In this document: one piece after another, positions 39,407 through 49,413 of the stretch | Numbering within the stretch: position 1 is the first letter of the stretch | Layout: every line of letters starts with the position of its first letter | Assembly (NCBI GenBank): GCA_020402865.1 | Contig: JADBYT010000024.1 | Coordinates: 71,949-135,948 of the forward strand | Length of the DNA: 64,000 nt | Source: Bacteroidota bacterium | GTDB lineage: Bacteria; Bacteroidota; Bacteroidia; Palsa-965 | Reading direction: 5' to 3' | The notes under the pieces: model-generated | The model's input: the letters and a program-made list of their open reading frames with translations, nothing else | The model's database searches: none | What the model was told of the DNA's origin: nothing | Translations under genes and position numbers: made by a program

Positions 39407-40225
39407 TTGAAACGTATCACAGAATCCGAGTCGAATTACCACAACCTTGAGCAGCAAAGTCTGCACGAACTTCTTCACCACATCAACCACGAAGATCAAA
39501 CCGTGCCGCATGCTGTGGCGGCAGCAATACCGCAAATTGAAGCATTAACGGCTCAGGTGGTGGCAAAACTGAAAGCCGGCGGACGTTTGTTTTACATGGG
39601 AGCAGGTACCAGCGGACGATTGGGTATTGTGGATGCATCGGAATGCCCGCCTACGTTTGGTGTGGAGCATGGGCTTGTAATCGGCCTTATTGCAGGCGGT
39701 GATAAAGCCATACGCAAAGCCGTGGAGTTTGCCGAAGACGACCGCAACCAGGGCTGGCTTGATTTGAAGGAATATATAATTAGCAATAAGGATGTGGTGA
39801 TTGGCATTGCTGCATCGGGTACTACACCGTATGTAATTGGTGCGCTCGAAAAATGCAATGCCGAAGGAATTACCACCGGCTGCATTACCTGCAATCCCGA
39901 TAGCCCGCTTGCTGCGGTGGCGCAGTTTCCGGTGGTGGCTGTAGTGGGGCCTGAGTTTGTGACCGGCAGCACCCGCATGAAATCCGGTACAGCACAAAAG
40001 CTGATACTGAATATGATTTCTACTGCCACTATGATTCAGCTTGGCCGCGTAAAAGGCAACCGTATGGTGGATATGCAGCTGAGTAATAACAAACTCATCG
40101 ACCGTGGTGTACGCATGGTTATTGAGGCTACAGGGCTTGAGTATGAAGCCGCTGCAAAGCTGTTGCAGGATGAAGGCAGTGTGCGCAAGGCGGTGGAGCG
40201 GTTTGCGCGTGAAACCGGGAAGTAG
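39407..40225 (+). CDS. murQ: N-acetylmuramic acid 6-phosphate etherase
   Basis: SIS domain 'RLFYMGAGTSGRLGIVDASECPPTFGV', 'VIGIAASGTTPYV', 'TGSTRMKSGTAQKLILNMIST'. 272 aa. Confidence 0.88.
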   Translation: MKRITESESNYHNLEQQSLHELLHHINHEDQTVPHAVAAAIPQIEALTAQVVAKLKAGGRLFYMGAGTSGRLGIVDASECPPTFGVEHGLVIGLIAGGDKAIRKAVEFAEDDRNQGWLDLKEYIISNKDVVIGIAASGTTPYVIGALEKCNAEGITTGCITCNPDSPLAAVAQFPVVAVVGPEFVTGSTRMKSGTAQKLILNMISTATMIQLGRVKGNRMVDMQLSNNKLIDRGVRMVIEATGLEYEAAAKLLQDEGSVRKAVERFARETGK

Positions 40226-40246
40226 AAGCTTTCACTACGTATAAAG

Positions 40247-40284
40247 AAAAACTCCGGCACAGAATTTCTGTGCCGGAGTTTTTT
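40247..40284. terminator. Bidirectional rho-independent terminator between convergent murQ and the DEAD-box helicase
   Basis: 'AAAAACUCCGGCACAG-aauuu-CUGUGCCGGAGUUUUUU' perfect 16-bp stem with A/U tracts. Confidence 0.85.
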
Positions 40285-40298
40285 GTGGTGAAGCAAAA

Positions 40299-41720
40299 TT
40301 AAACCACCGCAGGTTTTCTGAACTTGTTGCGGTTTCTGTTTCGGCTGCGTTTTTTGCCCGGATTACTTTCGCCGTGTTGTTGGGGCTTTTGTGCGCGGGG
40401 CTGCTGCTGCGATTGCGGTGAAGAAGCATCGTTGCGTGAGATGCGATTGCGGTTTCCGCCGTTGCTTTGTCCGTTGCCCGAATTGCTGCCCGGCTTTTTG
40501 CCAAAGCGCGGTGCTTTGCGGTCGCGGCCTTGTGCCCAGGCGTGTTTGGCTGCGGGTTTGGCCGAAGGAACATCCACTCCGCCCACTTCGGGTGTGGGGC
40601 GCAGGGCAATTTTTTCTTTGCCCACCAGTTTGCGGATGTCGGTGAGGTAATCCTTCTCTTCGTCGGAGCAGAACGAAATGGCTTTGCCGTTTGTGCCTGC
40701 GCGGCCGGTGCGGCCAATGCGGTGTACGTAGGTTTCGGCTACTTCGGGAAGATCGTAATTGATTACCCAGGTAAGCTCGTCAATGTCGATGCCGCGTGCG
40801 GCAATGTCGGTGGCCACAAGCACACGCACGGTGCTTTTCTTGAAGCCGTCGAGTGCGCGTTCGCGTGCGCCCTGCGATTTATCGCCGTGTATGGCGGCTG
40901 CCGTAATGCCTGCGCGGGTAAGTACGCGTGCAATACGATCGGAGCCGTGCTTGGTGCGCGAGAAAACGAGCACACGTTCATGCACTTCGGTGCTGAGCAG
41001 GTGCAGCAGCAGTTTGGGCTTATCGGCTTTCGGAATGTAGAAGAATGATTGCTGCACGGTTTCGGCCGGAGCGGAAACTGCGGCCACGCGCACGTGAACC
41101 GGATTGCGAAGCAGCGCAGAGGAGAGCTTGATGATTTCGTCGGGCGCAGTGGCCGAGAAGAAAAGTGTTTGCCGTTGTGCGGGCAGCTTGGGCAGAATGC
41201 GGCGAATATCATGAATAAAGCCCATGTCGAGCATACGATCCACTTCGTCGAGCACGAGATAGCGGATGGTATCCAGCTTGAGCAGGCCCTGATTCATAAG
41301 GTCGAGTAAACGACCGGGAGTAGCTACAAGCACATCCACGCCGCGTCGCAGTGCTTCTTCCTGGGGCTTTTGCGAAACACCGCCAAAAATTACGGCAGTG
41401 CGCAGGCCTACACCTTTGCCATACACGATAAAACTTTCGTTTATCTGCGAAGCAAGTTCGCGTGTGGGGGCAAGCACCAGAATAACCGGCTTGCGGTGCG
41501 ATGGATGTTGCGGTGATTCGCCGCTTACAAGCTGAATGAGCGGCAAAGCGAATGCAGCCGTTTTACCGGTACCGGTTTGCGCCATGCCAAAAACATCGCT
41601 GCGCTTTAATACGTGAGGAATTGCCTGTTGCTGAATAGGCGTAGGTTGTACATAACCTTCATTAAGAAGATTCTGCACGAGCTGTTCGTTCAGCCCGAGA
41701 TCCTGAAATTGCATTTTCAA
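40299..41720 (-). CDS. DEAD-box ATP-dependent RNA helicase (RhlE/DeaD type) with Arg/Gly-rich C-terminal tail
   Basis: Q-motif 'GYVQPTPIQQQAIP', Walker A 'AQTGTGKT', 'PTRELA', 'DEVD' box, 'SAT', 'HRIGRTGRAG'. C-terminal RG/RN-rich basic tail. Confidence 0.92.
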   Translation of the reverse strand: MKMQFQDLGLNEQLVQNLLNEGYVQPTPIQQQAIPHVLKRSDVFGMAQTGTGKTAAFALPLIQLVSGESPQHPSHRKPVILVLAPTRELASQINESFIVYGKGVGLRTAVIFGGVSQKPQEEALRRGVDVLVATPGRLLDLMNQGLLKLDTIRYLVLDEVDRMLDMGFIHDIRRILPKLPAQRQTLFFSATAPDEIIKLSSALLRNPVHVRVAAVSAPAETVQQSFFYIPKADKPKLLLHLLSTEVHERVLVFSRTKHGSDRIARVLTRAGITAAAIHGDKSQGARERALDGFKKSTVRVLVATDIAARGIDIDELTWVINYDLPEVAETYVHRIGRTGRAGTNGKAISFCSDEEKDYLTDIRKLVGKEKIALRPTPEVGGVDVPSAKPAAKHAWAQGRDRKAPRFGKKPGSNSGNGQSNGGNRNRISRNDASSPQSQQQPRAQKPQQHGESNPGKKRSRNRNRNKFRKPAVV

Positions 41721-41982
41721 TAAAATTTTGGTTGCCCCGTGCGTCGTTTCGTTTGGCAGTGTATAACTAGAAATGATTTCGTGGACGCGAGGCTGTTGAT
41801 TTACCGTGAGGCAGAGATAAACAGAAACGATAATGATGAAATCAGATGCAAAGATATGAATTAGCGGCTGATATTAGTATTGAATTGCCGGAAATTATGC
41901 AAAATTGGTTTGCAAGGTTTTTCATTACTTCTATGAAATGGGTTTTCTTTTACTAACTTGAATTCACTAAACTCCTTAATCC

Positions 41983-43542
41983 ATGAAATGTTTATCCCTT
42001 TTTTTTATTCTGTTGATTGTTTCATTTTCAGCCTTTTCACAAAACTGGGCCCCCTTAACAATTAATGATACATTTCATTATCGACTAGACGGGGAGCAGG
42101 TAATTTCTGTTACTTTTTTTGTTCAGAATTATTCTACTAATAATGGCGATACCACATTTACATTTAATCAGATCGGGCAGGATAGCGGTATTTATCGCCC
42201 TGTTGGGCCGATTAACTGTCAAACCTGTTACGGGCTGCTCAATCAGCCGCAGGCAATTTGTGGTTACAGTATGCTCAAATCAACAGCCGGAATCTGTCAA
42301 ATAAATACAGGCACCAGCGTAAATGAAATTCATACACTTGGCAGTACTGGAAACTCATGGATGTTTAATGCCAGTTCAAATACTGCCGCACAAATTATTG
42401 CCGAATATACCGGAACGGTGCTCGGTCAGCCTGATTCACTTAAATTTGCGCTGTTGAGTACAGGCGATTCGCTGATCTGGTCCAAGCACCACGGTATTGT
42501 ACAATGGCCCACCGGCAACGGAATTTATTACCGAATAGCCGGTATTCAAAACCGGAATACCGGTGATAAACCACCGGGTGTAAAAGATTTTTTTGATTTT
42601 CAGCCCGGTGATATGTTTGAGTATGTTTCCGAGCATCACGAAACGTTTCAGAAGTACGACTATCACCGCACTAAAATTACAATCAATTCGAGAACAGATA
42701 GTGGAAGCAGCATTACTTATACTTATTCAGGTGCACACACGGCCATGAATTATGATTATCTGAATAATCCTCCCGGAAATGCTACAAGTTATTTATTCAC
42801 TCCTGTTAGCGGGTCATTCACGATTACCGATTCAGCAAATCATGCAGCCAATGGTTATCATCATCAAATGGTGAGTTTAAATGCCGCATTTATGAACACT
42901 GTTCACATGCTCGATGGCAATTCAGTTTTATTTACAAATGAAGTCTGGTATGAAACCCGCCACTTTATTGATTCGTTGGGGAACTATGGTGTCGTAATTG
43001 GCGGGAATGATCCGGTTGACAGCTCCACATATACATTTTGGGGAACAATGGGGGCAAAAAATCTCTCCAGTGGATCGGATACCACATATATGGTTTATGA
43101 CGGAATTAATATGTACCCTTCGTTCACGCATACAGGAAGTGCCTATGTAGCAGGTTTAGGTATGGTACGTGCTTCATTCCGCACAGTGGGCTATCCTGAC
43201 GGGTTTATATATAGCGAAAAACTAGTGGCTTACCGTAAGGGAAATGATACGGTAGGCGTATTTACGCCCGATGCAATACTGTTAGGGCTTTCAACAGATG
43301 AAGTTTTACCCGGGCTTGTGATTTATCCGAATCCGGCTTCTGATTATCTTCATATCGAAACTAAAGGAGCTTTTGTAAATTTGGTTTGTGTTTATGATGC
43401 AACAGGCCGGCTAGTTCTTCGTCATGCAAATGATGGTTTACAATGCGTGGTAAATGCACAGACGCTTAATGAAGGGATTTATTATGTGGAAGTATTTACT
43501 GAAAAAGGAAAGATTCGGGAAAAGCTGTTCGTTCACAGATAA
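41983..43542 (+). CDS. Secreted protein with T9SS C-terminal sorting domain, function unknown
   Basis: Signal peptide 'MKCLSLFFILLIVSFSAFSQ'. C-terminus '...PGLVIYPNPASDYLHIET...GIYYVEVFTEKGKIREKLFVHR' matches a T9SS CTD. Lower GC than flanking genes. Confidence 0.7.
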   Translation: MKCLSLFFILLIVSFSAFSQNWAPLTINDTFHYRLDGEQVISVTFFVQNYSTNNGDTTFTFNQIGQDSGIYRPVGPINCQTCYGLLNQPQAICGYSMLKSTAGICQINTGTSVNEIHTLGSTGNSWMFNASSNTAAQIIAEYTGTVLGQPDSLKFALLSTGDSLIWSKHHGIVQWPTGNGIYYRIAGIQNRNTGDKPPGVKDFFDFQPGDMFEYVSEHHETFQKYDYHRTKITINSRTDSGSSITYTYSGAHTAMNYDYLNNPPGNATSYLFTPVSGSFTITDSANHAANGYHHQMVSLNAAFMNTVHMLDGNSVLFTNEVWYETRHFIDSLGNYGVVIGGNDPVDSSTYTFWGTMGAKNLSSGSDTTYMVYDGINMYPSFTHTGSAYVAGLGMVRASFRTVGYPDGFIYSEKLVAYRKGNDTVGVFTPDAILLGLSTDEVLPGLVIYPNPASDYLHIETKGAFVNLVCVYDATGRLVLRHANDGLQCVVNAQTLNEGIYYVEVFTEKGKIREKLFVHR

Positions 43543-44668
43543 TAGTGAAACAAGTTGTTATGTCAGGTTATTAGTCTGTTCAAAAAAAGCTGGGTTTGCG
43601 AACTGTCTGCTTTGTATTATTTCCTTATTGTTTTCAGTAATACTACACGCACAAAATCCTAATCTCATTCCCAATCCCGGTTTTGAAGATTACTTAGGTT
43701 TCCCTGATAAAAAAAATCCTGCGAAATACTGTATCTCACAATGGTCGGTGCCTTATCAGGCCGGTGCTGGTGATTATTACCACACGAAGGCAAATCCCGG
43801 TCAGCGTCCGGAAGACAATAAATACGGTTCACAAAAACCGTTTGACGGTGAGGCTATGACGGCCATCTGTAATTATCCCGGTTTCCGCGAGTTTCTGCAA
43901 ACAAAACTTACACGAACGTTATCGCGCGACAGTGTGTATCAGTTTACCGTTCGTATCAGTTGTGCGGATGGAATGAAACCGGGAGATGTGCTTACTGATT
44001 TTGGCGTTGTTTTTTTGCCGGCTGAAGTGGATGAATTTGACGGCGAACCCTTGCTCAGGGAACCGCCGGCCATGTATTGGCGCAATGAAAACGGATTTGC
44101 AGACAAAGAAAACTGGATTGAATTAAAACAAACCTATAAGGCAAAAGGGAATGAACGTGTTTTGTTATTTGGTTCGTTTCACTGGAAAGATTCGCTTAGC
44201 GGAAAAGTATATGGAAACGTGAATTATAAGCGTTATACACATTATTACATTGACGGATTTGAACTCCGAAAAATTACACAGGTGAAAGCGCAAACAAAAG
44301 ATGATGAAAAATTGTTTGTGAATACTGATTTGCTTGTGCTCCGTAATTTGCTTTTTGCCACCGCCAGCGACAGACTTGACACAAACTCAACTGCCGAACT
44401 GGATGTGCTTGCCACCTATTTGCTCCGCCATCCGGAGAAAAAAATACGCATCACCGGTCATACCGACAGTGAAGGTGATTCGACGGCAAACATGTGGCTG
44501 AGTTTAGCACGTGCAGCAAGCGTGAAACATTATTTAGTACAAAAAGGGATTTCTGCTGTACGCCTGCAAACTGCGGGCAAAGGAGAAAATGAACCGTTAA
44601 TACAAAACACCACGCCCGAAGGACGGCAGCAAAACCGCCGTGTGGAAATACGACTATTGAAAGACTGA
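43454..44668 (+). CDS. OmpA-family protein (novel roughly 290-aa N-terminal domain plus C-terminal OmpA peptidoglycan-binding domain)
   Basis: C-terminal 'ITGHTDSEGDSTANMWLSLARAASVKHYLVQKGI...QNRRVEI' (OmpA_C). Hydrophobic signal-like 'FANCLLCIISLLFSVILHAQ'. True start unclear: the ORF overlaps the upstream gene by up to 89 nt, and no in-frame ATG/GTG/TTG lies between the upstream stop and the signal peptide. Confidence 0.6.
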   Translation: MHRRLMKGFIMWKYLLKKERFGKSCSFTDNSETSCYVRLLVCSKKAGFANCLLCIISLLFSVILHAQNPNLIPNPGFEDYLGFPDKKNPAKYCISQWSVPYQAGAGDYYHTKANPGQRPEDNKYGSQKPFDGEAMTAICNYPGFREFLQTKLTRTLSRDSVYQFTVRISCADGMKPGDVLTDFGVVFLPAEVDEFDGEPLLREPPAMYWRNENGFADKENWIELKQTYKAKGNERVLLFGSFHWKDSLSGKVYGNVNYKRYTHYYIDGFELRKITQVKAQTKDDEKLFVNTDLLVLRNLLFATASDRLDTNSTAELDVLATYLLRHPEKKIRITGHTDSEGDSTANMWLSLARAASVKHYLVQKGISAVRLQTAGKGENEPLIQNTTPEGRQQNRRVEIRLLKD

Positions 44669-45234
44669 TGCATACAATTGAACCTTACTTCAACTGGCGG
44701 CACGAGTACATGGCCGAAGACGATGAGCGTTCGCCTTTTTACGGCCGCGAATACAGTGAGTTTGAATTCACCAATCAGATTTACAATTACCTGCTGCATC
44801 CGCAGTGGGACGAGTTCGGCTCAACCACGTTATTTATGAAAATTCTTTTTGTGGATTACGATGAACGTTATTGTATCATTGAACTGATCGGCGAATGGAA
44901 TGATGCGCTTTACAACGATATTATGACTTTAAAGCGCGATGTGGTTGAGTCAATTATGTTTGAAGGCGTCGATAAATTTATTTTCATTGGTGAAAACGTA
45001 CTCAACTTTCATTATTCCGATGATAGTTATTACGAAGAATGGTTTGAGGAAGTGGACGAAGGCTGGATTGTATTTCTCAATTTCCGTGAGCATGTGCTTA
45101 CCGAGATGAAACGTGCCCGCCTCGACTGGTACATTCATTGGGGCGGTGCATTGAATGAAATGAGCTGGCGGCCGCTTAAGCCGAGGCAGTTATTTAAAGC
45201 TGTGGAACGCGAGGTACATACGCGCCTGGGTTAA
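44668..45234 (+). CDS. Hypothetical cytoplasmic acidic protein (188 aa), translationally coupled to the OmpA-like gene
   Basis: Its ATG shares a nucleotide with the upstream TGA (TGATG). No signal peptide. Trp/Tyr/Glu-rich. No recognised family. Confidence 0.5.
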   Translation: MHTIEPYFNWRHEYMAEDDERSPFYGREYSEFEFTNQIYNYLLHPQWDEFGSTTLFMKILFVDYDERYCIIELIGEWNDALYNDIMTLKRDVVESIMFEGVDKFIFIGENVLNFHYSDDSYYEEWFEEVDEGWIVFLNFREHVLTEMKRARLDWYIHWGGALNEMSWRPLKPRQLFKAVEREVHTRLG

Positions 45235-47612
45235 TTCTTCTTACTTACAATTTCAATCTGCATCGAAATTGTTTCTCCCTGTTCGTCCACAACCGTAAGC
45301 GTGTGTACACCTTCTGCGGGAGCTGAGGCAAACTGGTGTATGTCTTTTGTTTCGCCGAGATATTCTTCGTCGAGATGCCAGAATACTTTTGTGCCGGGGC
45401 GGCGGTGTGCAATTTCAAAAACTACTTTTCCCGGCCTGCCGTTTAATTCGGTAGGGATAAACAGCCGTGGTTCATCGCGCGGATACACGAACTCCATGGC
45501 CCGGGTATTACCTGATCCGCTTATGCAGTCGGCCCGGAGCGGAGGCAGGGCGCGGTATCCTGGATTTTTTGTTTTGTAATAAAATTCCATCGAGGGCGGC
45601 AGCACAAACCACGGCACATGCTGCATATTACCCGGCGATTCACAATCGCTGGTTACGCGGTACTCACCGGTACTGTTTAAATGTACGGTACGATGATACG
45701 GGCATGGCGCGCTTTTAAGTCCGGCTTTGGGTACGCGCATTTTTTGTTTGGGGCAAATGTCAAGGGCCCGGTGTCCGCTTTCGTTACACACTTCAATTTC
45801 CTGCATATCGTTAAGCGGAGCAGTAAACCAATCGCCGGTAGGCAGCATGGCAAAAATATCGAACATAACTGGCGCCGCGGTTGCAATGCCGGTGAGGCCC
45901 GGGCGTCCTTCACCATCCGCATTTCCGGCCCATACGGCCACTACGTAGCGGGGCGTTACACCTATTGCCCAGCCATCGCGGAAACCAAAGCTGGTACCGG
46001 TTTTCCATGCCACACGTTTTGACGAACTGAACTGCGTCCATGCAGCTTCATCATCAGGCCGTGTAAGTTCCGACATGGCTTCAAACGTAAACCAGGTTGC
46101 TGCCGGATCAAACGGTGCGCGTGCCTGTGTATTGCGCAACAACGAGTCTTCGGCAATTTCATTGTGCATGTAATTGGCCGCATGAAAATCGGCGCGGAGA
46201 TTTTTGCCGGTACGTGTATAATGGTTGAGATTTCGCGCCATTGAGGCATACGTTCCTGCAAGATCCCAAAGCTTTCCTTCTGCGCCGCCGAGTATGAGCG
46301 ACAGGCCGTAATCATCGGGCGTTCGTGTAATTGTACTCAGTCCGGCGCGGCGCAGCAGCGTATGAAAGCGTTCTACGCGATATTGTTTCAGCATACGCAC
46401 GGCGGGCACATTGAGTGAGCGTGCAAGCGCACGGTGTGCAGGCACGGCTCCGTCGTAAGTGCGGTTGAAGTTTTCGGGCGAGTAGCCGGAGAGATCAGTA
46501 GGAATATCGGGCACAAGTGTATTGGGCAACAGCTCGCCGTCGGTAAGCATGGCGGCGTAGAGATAGGGTTTGAGTATGCTGCCCGTGCTGCGTGGCGCGG
46601 TAATTACATCCACATCGTTTCCATATTCATCGCCGCTGAGTTCGGTGGTAAGCGGAGCGGGCGAATTGCCTGCGTAGGCGAGTACGTTGCCGGTTTCCAC
46701 ATCGAGCACAAGTGCGGCGCAGTTGTGAATTTCGTTGGTGCGAAGTGTGCGCGCATGCCTGGCCACAATGCCGTTTACACGATCCTGCAGGTTGTAATCG
46801 AGTGTGGAATGAATGATTTGTCCGTTCCGTCCTTCTGCGGCTGCACGCTGTAGCAGGTGCGGGGCAAGGCGCGGAAGCGGGTAGGGTGCACCGGGCAGCG
46901 GCTCGTGTTTGGCAAGGTCGCATGTGCTGCGGTCGATGATACCAGCCGTGCAGAGCCGTTCGAGCAGGCGGTCGCGTTTGTCTTTGAGGCGTTGCTGGTT
47001 TTTGCCGGGATAGATGAGTGAGGGGCTGTTGGGCAGCACGGCCAGCGTAGCCGATTCGGCCCAGGAGAGTTGTTCGGGTGTGCGGCCAAAGTAGCGCCAG
47101 GCGGCGGCATCAATGCCCACCACGTTGCTGCCAAAAGGTGCATGTGAGGCGTAGAGTGCAAGGATTTCGTCTTTGCTGTAACGCAATTCAAGCCGTGTGG
47201 CCAGCACAATTTCAATACTTTTTTGCCAGAGGTTGCGCGGCGGATTGCCACGCGCCATGCGAATGACCTGCATGGTAATGGTGCTGCCACCGCTTATTAC
47301 ACGCTTTCCGCCAATGTTTTGCTGCAACGCCCGCGCCAGCGCCAACGGATTAACACCCGGATGCTGGCGGAAATTGCGGTCTTCAAACTGAATGAGGCAT
47401 TGCGAAAATTTTTCGGGAGCCTTTTCCCGCGCCGGAAACCGCCATTGTCCGTCGGCTGCAATTCGCGCACCAAGCAACTGCCCGTCGGCCGATAAAATAA
47501 CTGTGCTCGACGGAGCTTCAAACAAGTTGCGTGGAAGGCAAAACGCATATACACCACAAAGAACAGTAAGAACGAGCACATGCCTTCCGCGCTTTGTACG
47601 CAGAAAAGCCAT
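45231..47612 (-). CDS. pbpC: Penicillin-binding protein 1C (bifunctional peptidoglycan glycosyltransferase GT51 / transpeptidase)
   Basis: GT51 motifs 'FEDRNFRQHPGVNPLA', 'GGSTITMQVIRM'. Transpeptidase 'STGSILKPYLYAAML' (SxxK), 'WKTGTSFGFRD' (KTG). C-terminal PbpC-type domain. Likely start ATG 47612 (or 47648); the track ORF extends to 47768. Confidence 0.85.
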   Translation of the reverse strand: MAFLRTKRGRHVLVLTVLCGVYAFCLPRNLFEAPSSTVILSADGQLLGARIAADGQWRFPAREKAPEKFSQCLIQFEDRNFRQHPGVNPLALARALQQNIGGKRVISGGSTITMQVIRMARGNPPRNLWQKSIEIVLATRLELRYSKDEILALYASHAPFGSNVVGIDAAAWRYFGRTPEQLSWAESATLAVLPNSPSLIYPGKNQQRLKDKRDRLLERLCTAGIIDRSTCDLAKHEPLPGAPYPLPRLAPHLLQRAAAEGRNGQIIHSTLDYNLQDRVNGIVARHARTLRTNEIHNCAALVLDVETGNVLAYAGNSPAPLTTELSGDEYGNDVDVITAPRSTGSILKPYLYAAMLTDGELLPNTLVPDIPTDLSGYSPENFNRTYDGAVPAHRALARSLNVPAVRMLKQYRVERFHTLLRRAGLSTITRTPDDYGLSLILGGAEGKLWDLAGTYASMARNLNHYTRTGKNLRADFHAANYMHNEIAEDSLLRNTQARAPFDPAATWFTFEAMSELTRPDDEAAWTQFSSSKRVAWKTGTSFGFRDGWAIGVTPRYVVAVWAGNADGEGRPGLTGIATAAPVMFDIFAMLPTGDWFTAPLNDMQEIEVCNESGHRALDICPKQKMRVPKAGLKSAPCPYHRTVHLNSTGEYRVTSDCESPGNMQHVPWFVLPPSMEFYYKTKNPGYRALPPLRADCISGSGNTRAMEFVYPRDEPRLFIPTELNGRPGKVVFEIAHRRPGTKVFWHLDEEYLGETKDIHQFASAPAEGVHTLTVVDEQGETISMQIEIVSKKN

Positions 47613-47755
47613 TGTTTTTTGCAGTGCCGGTTTCAGCTTTTCGTTCATGTGTGTGCGCATACTACTCACATCACAAAGATAGGATTGCGCGGTGAACGAG
47701 AAGTGGAAGGCTGATTTGTGTGGGGAGGTTTGAATAAGTGAGAATTTCCGGCAAA

Positions 47756-49294
47756 TTACTGTGCACATTTAATCAGCCTGCCTGTGTATATACGTCCGTT
47801 CTGGTTAAGCTGCCAGAAATACATCCCTGCTGGCAATTCACGAACTGAGAATTCCGAATTATTCTGAACGGTTTCACTCATCACCGTTTTACCCGAAATA
47901 GCATACATCGTGAATATACTTCCCGGAAATACTGGTTTGCTGAAAGAAATGACCTCAACAGCCGGATTTGGAAAAACACTTATCCGTTCTTCAATTTCCG
48001 TTTCATTCAATCCAATTATGAGGCAGTTACTGGTGATATTCAGATTTAGTGGTGTGGATACAAATGACACGGCAGCCTGATTAAAATTGCATGGAATAAA
48101 CATTTCGATGACCGCTGAATCAATTAAGTTAGCCGATTGAAAGGAGAGTGAAACAGGATTTATCGCACACCCGGAGATCGGAAGTGCTGAGCTGGCCGGA
48201 AGTGTTTTTATTAATCGCTGTGCGAAATTATTTCCTGACGGTGTTTTACCATAGCAGGTAAAACTTCCGTCGGCATTGCGGTAAAAATCTTTAGGTTCAA
48301 ATCCTGTACCACTAGCTATTTCTATAGCATTGGTTGAATTAGCTGACCAGTCTGTAATTACCGTTTTATCTGCGGCAGAATTGTAGGTAAGTGAAATCAA
48401 CTGTCCGTTTTCATTTATAAGTTTTACAGACATCAGCGAGTCTATGCGATTTCCACTTTGAAACGTACCCGCACTGTCGTAAACATATAATGTTGTTTTA
48501 TTTCCGGTTTCATTCATAAGCAGTGCATTCACTGATCCGTTAGTATGAAATACAAAGTCTGTAAATGAACTTGCTGTGTTGGTGCGATAGAACGTTGAAT
48601 GAAGTACATTCCCGGATGTGTCTGTGACTACAACTTTTGCCCCCATTTGGGTACTTGAATAGTTGCCCAGCGCTAATTTATTGTTTGAAAGTAGCTGCAT
48701 TTTTTCAAGCACATAGCCGGTTTCGGTCGATTCTTTAGCCCATACAGGCATTCCCGAAGGATTAAGTTTAAGCAAGAGATTACTTTTGGACGGATTTCCC
48801 TGCGGAGTAGTCTGACGCTCATAACCGAGATAAAAATAACCGGCAGAATCTTCAATAATTGTCTTGCAATAAAATCGAAGTCCGTCAACATATAGTTTTT
48901 CCTGCCATAAGATAGTCCCCGCACTGTCAAGTCTGATAATTACAGTACCCTCATTGTTTACAGTATTTTGTTGTTGATTACGGTAAAAACCGGCGATACA
49001 AAATCCGGCATCGTTTGTTTCTATCATTGCATCCGGACTTACCCGGAATAATGCGGTGTTCTGAATTACACGCGCCCAGATTATATTTCCCGAAATATCC
49101 GTGCGTGTTAAATAAAAATAGTTGACCCCTACACTTATTGTACTCAGCGTAACATAATCGCCGTTCATACACTTTGTTTGTAGTAGTGCATGAGAAGTAG
49201 TCGGAGCTGTATAAGAATAATCAAAAGACACAACCTGTGCTCTTGTATGCAGGTAAAACGACACGAAAGAAAAAAGTAGTATAAATTTTTTCAT
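47756..49294 (-). CDS. Secreted protein with T9SS C-terminal sorting domain, function unknown
   Basis: Signal peptide 'MKKFILLFSFVSFYLHTRAQ' (ATG 49294). C-terminus '...ISVFPNPAVEVISFS...GMYFWQLNQNGRIYTGRLIKCAQ' matches a T9SS CTD. AT-rich. Confidence 0.7.
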   Translation of the reverse strand: MKKFILLFSFVSFYLHTRAQVVSFDYSYTAPTTSHALLQTKCMNGDYVTLSTISVGVNYFYLTRTDISGNIIWARVIQNTALFRVSPDAMIETNDAGFCIAGFYRNQQQNTVNNEGTVIIRLDSAGTILWQEKLYVDGLRFYCKTIIEDSAGYFYLGYERQTTPQGNPSKSNLLLKLNPSGMPVWAKESTETGYVLEKMQLLSNNKLALGNYSSTQMGAKVVVTDTSGNVLHSTFYRTNTASSFTDFVFHTNGSVNALLMNETGNKTTLYVYDSAGTFQSGNRIDSLMSVKLINENGQLISLTYNSAADKTVITDWSANSTNAIEIASGTGFEPKDFYRNADGSFTCYGKTPSGNNFAQRLIKTLPASSALPISGCAINPVSLSFQSANLIDSAVIEMFIPCNFNQAAVSFVSTPLNLNITSNCLIIGLNETEIEERISVFPNPAVEVISFSKPVFPGSIFTMYAISGKTVMSETVQNNSEFSVRELPAGMYFWQLNQNGRIYTGRLIKCAQ

Positions 49295-49413
49295 AAAGTA
49301 TGAGTTCATACAAAACTGCCAAATGAAAGTCATATTACATGTTAAAATAGACAGGTGGTTATACAACTTGGCTAAGTGGTCGTATCATCCCACACAAACC
49401 CGTACATTTACAC

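Noticed and set aside
40467-41048. 193-aa and other plus-strand ORFs opposite the DEAD-box helicase
   Set aside because: Antisense to a gene with full helicase motif complement. Gly/Ala/Cys-rich nonsense composition.
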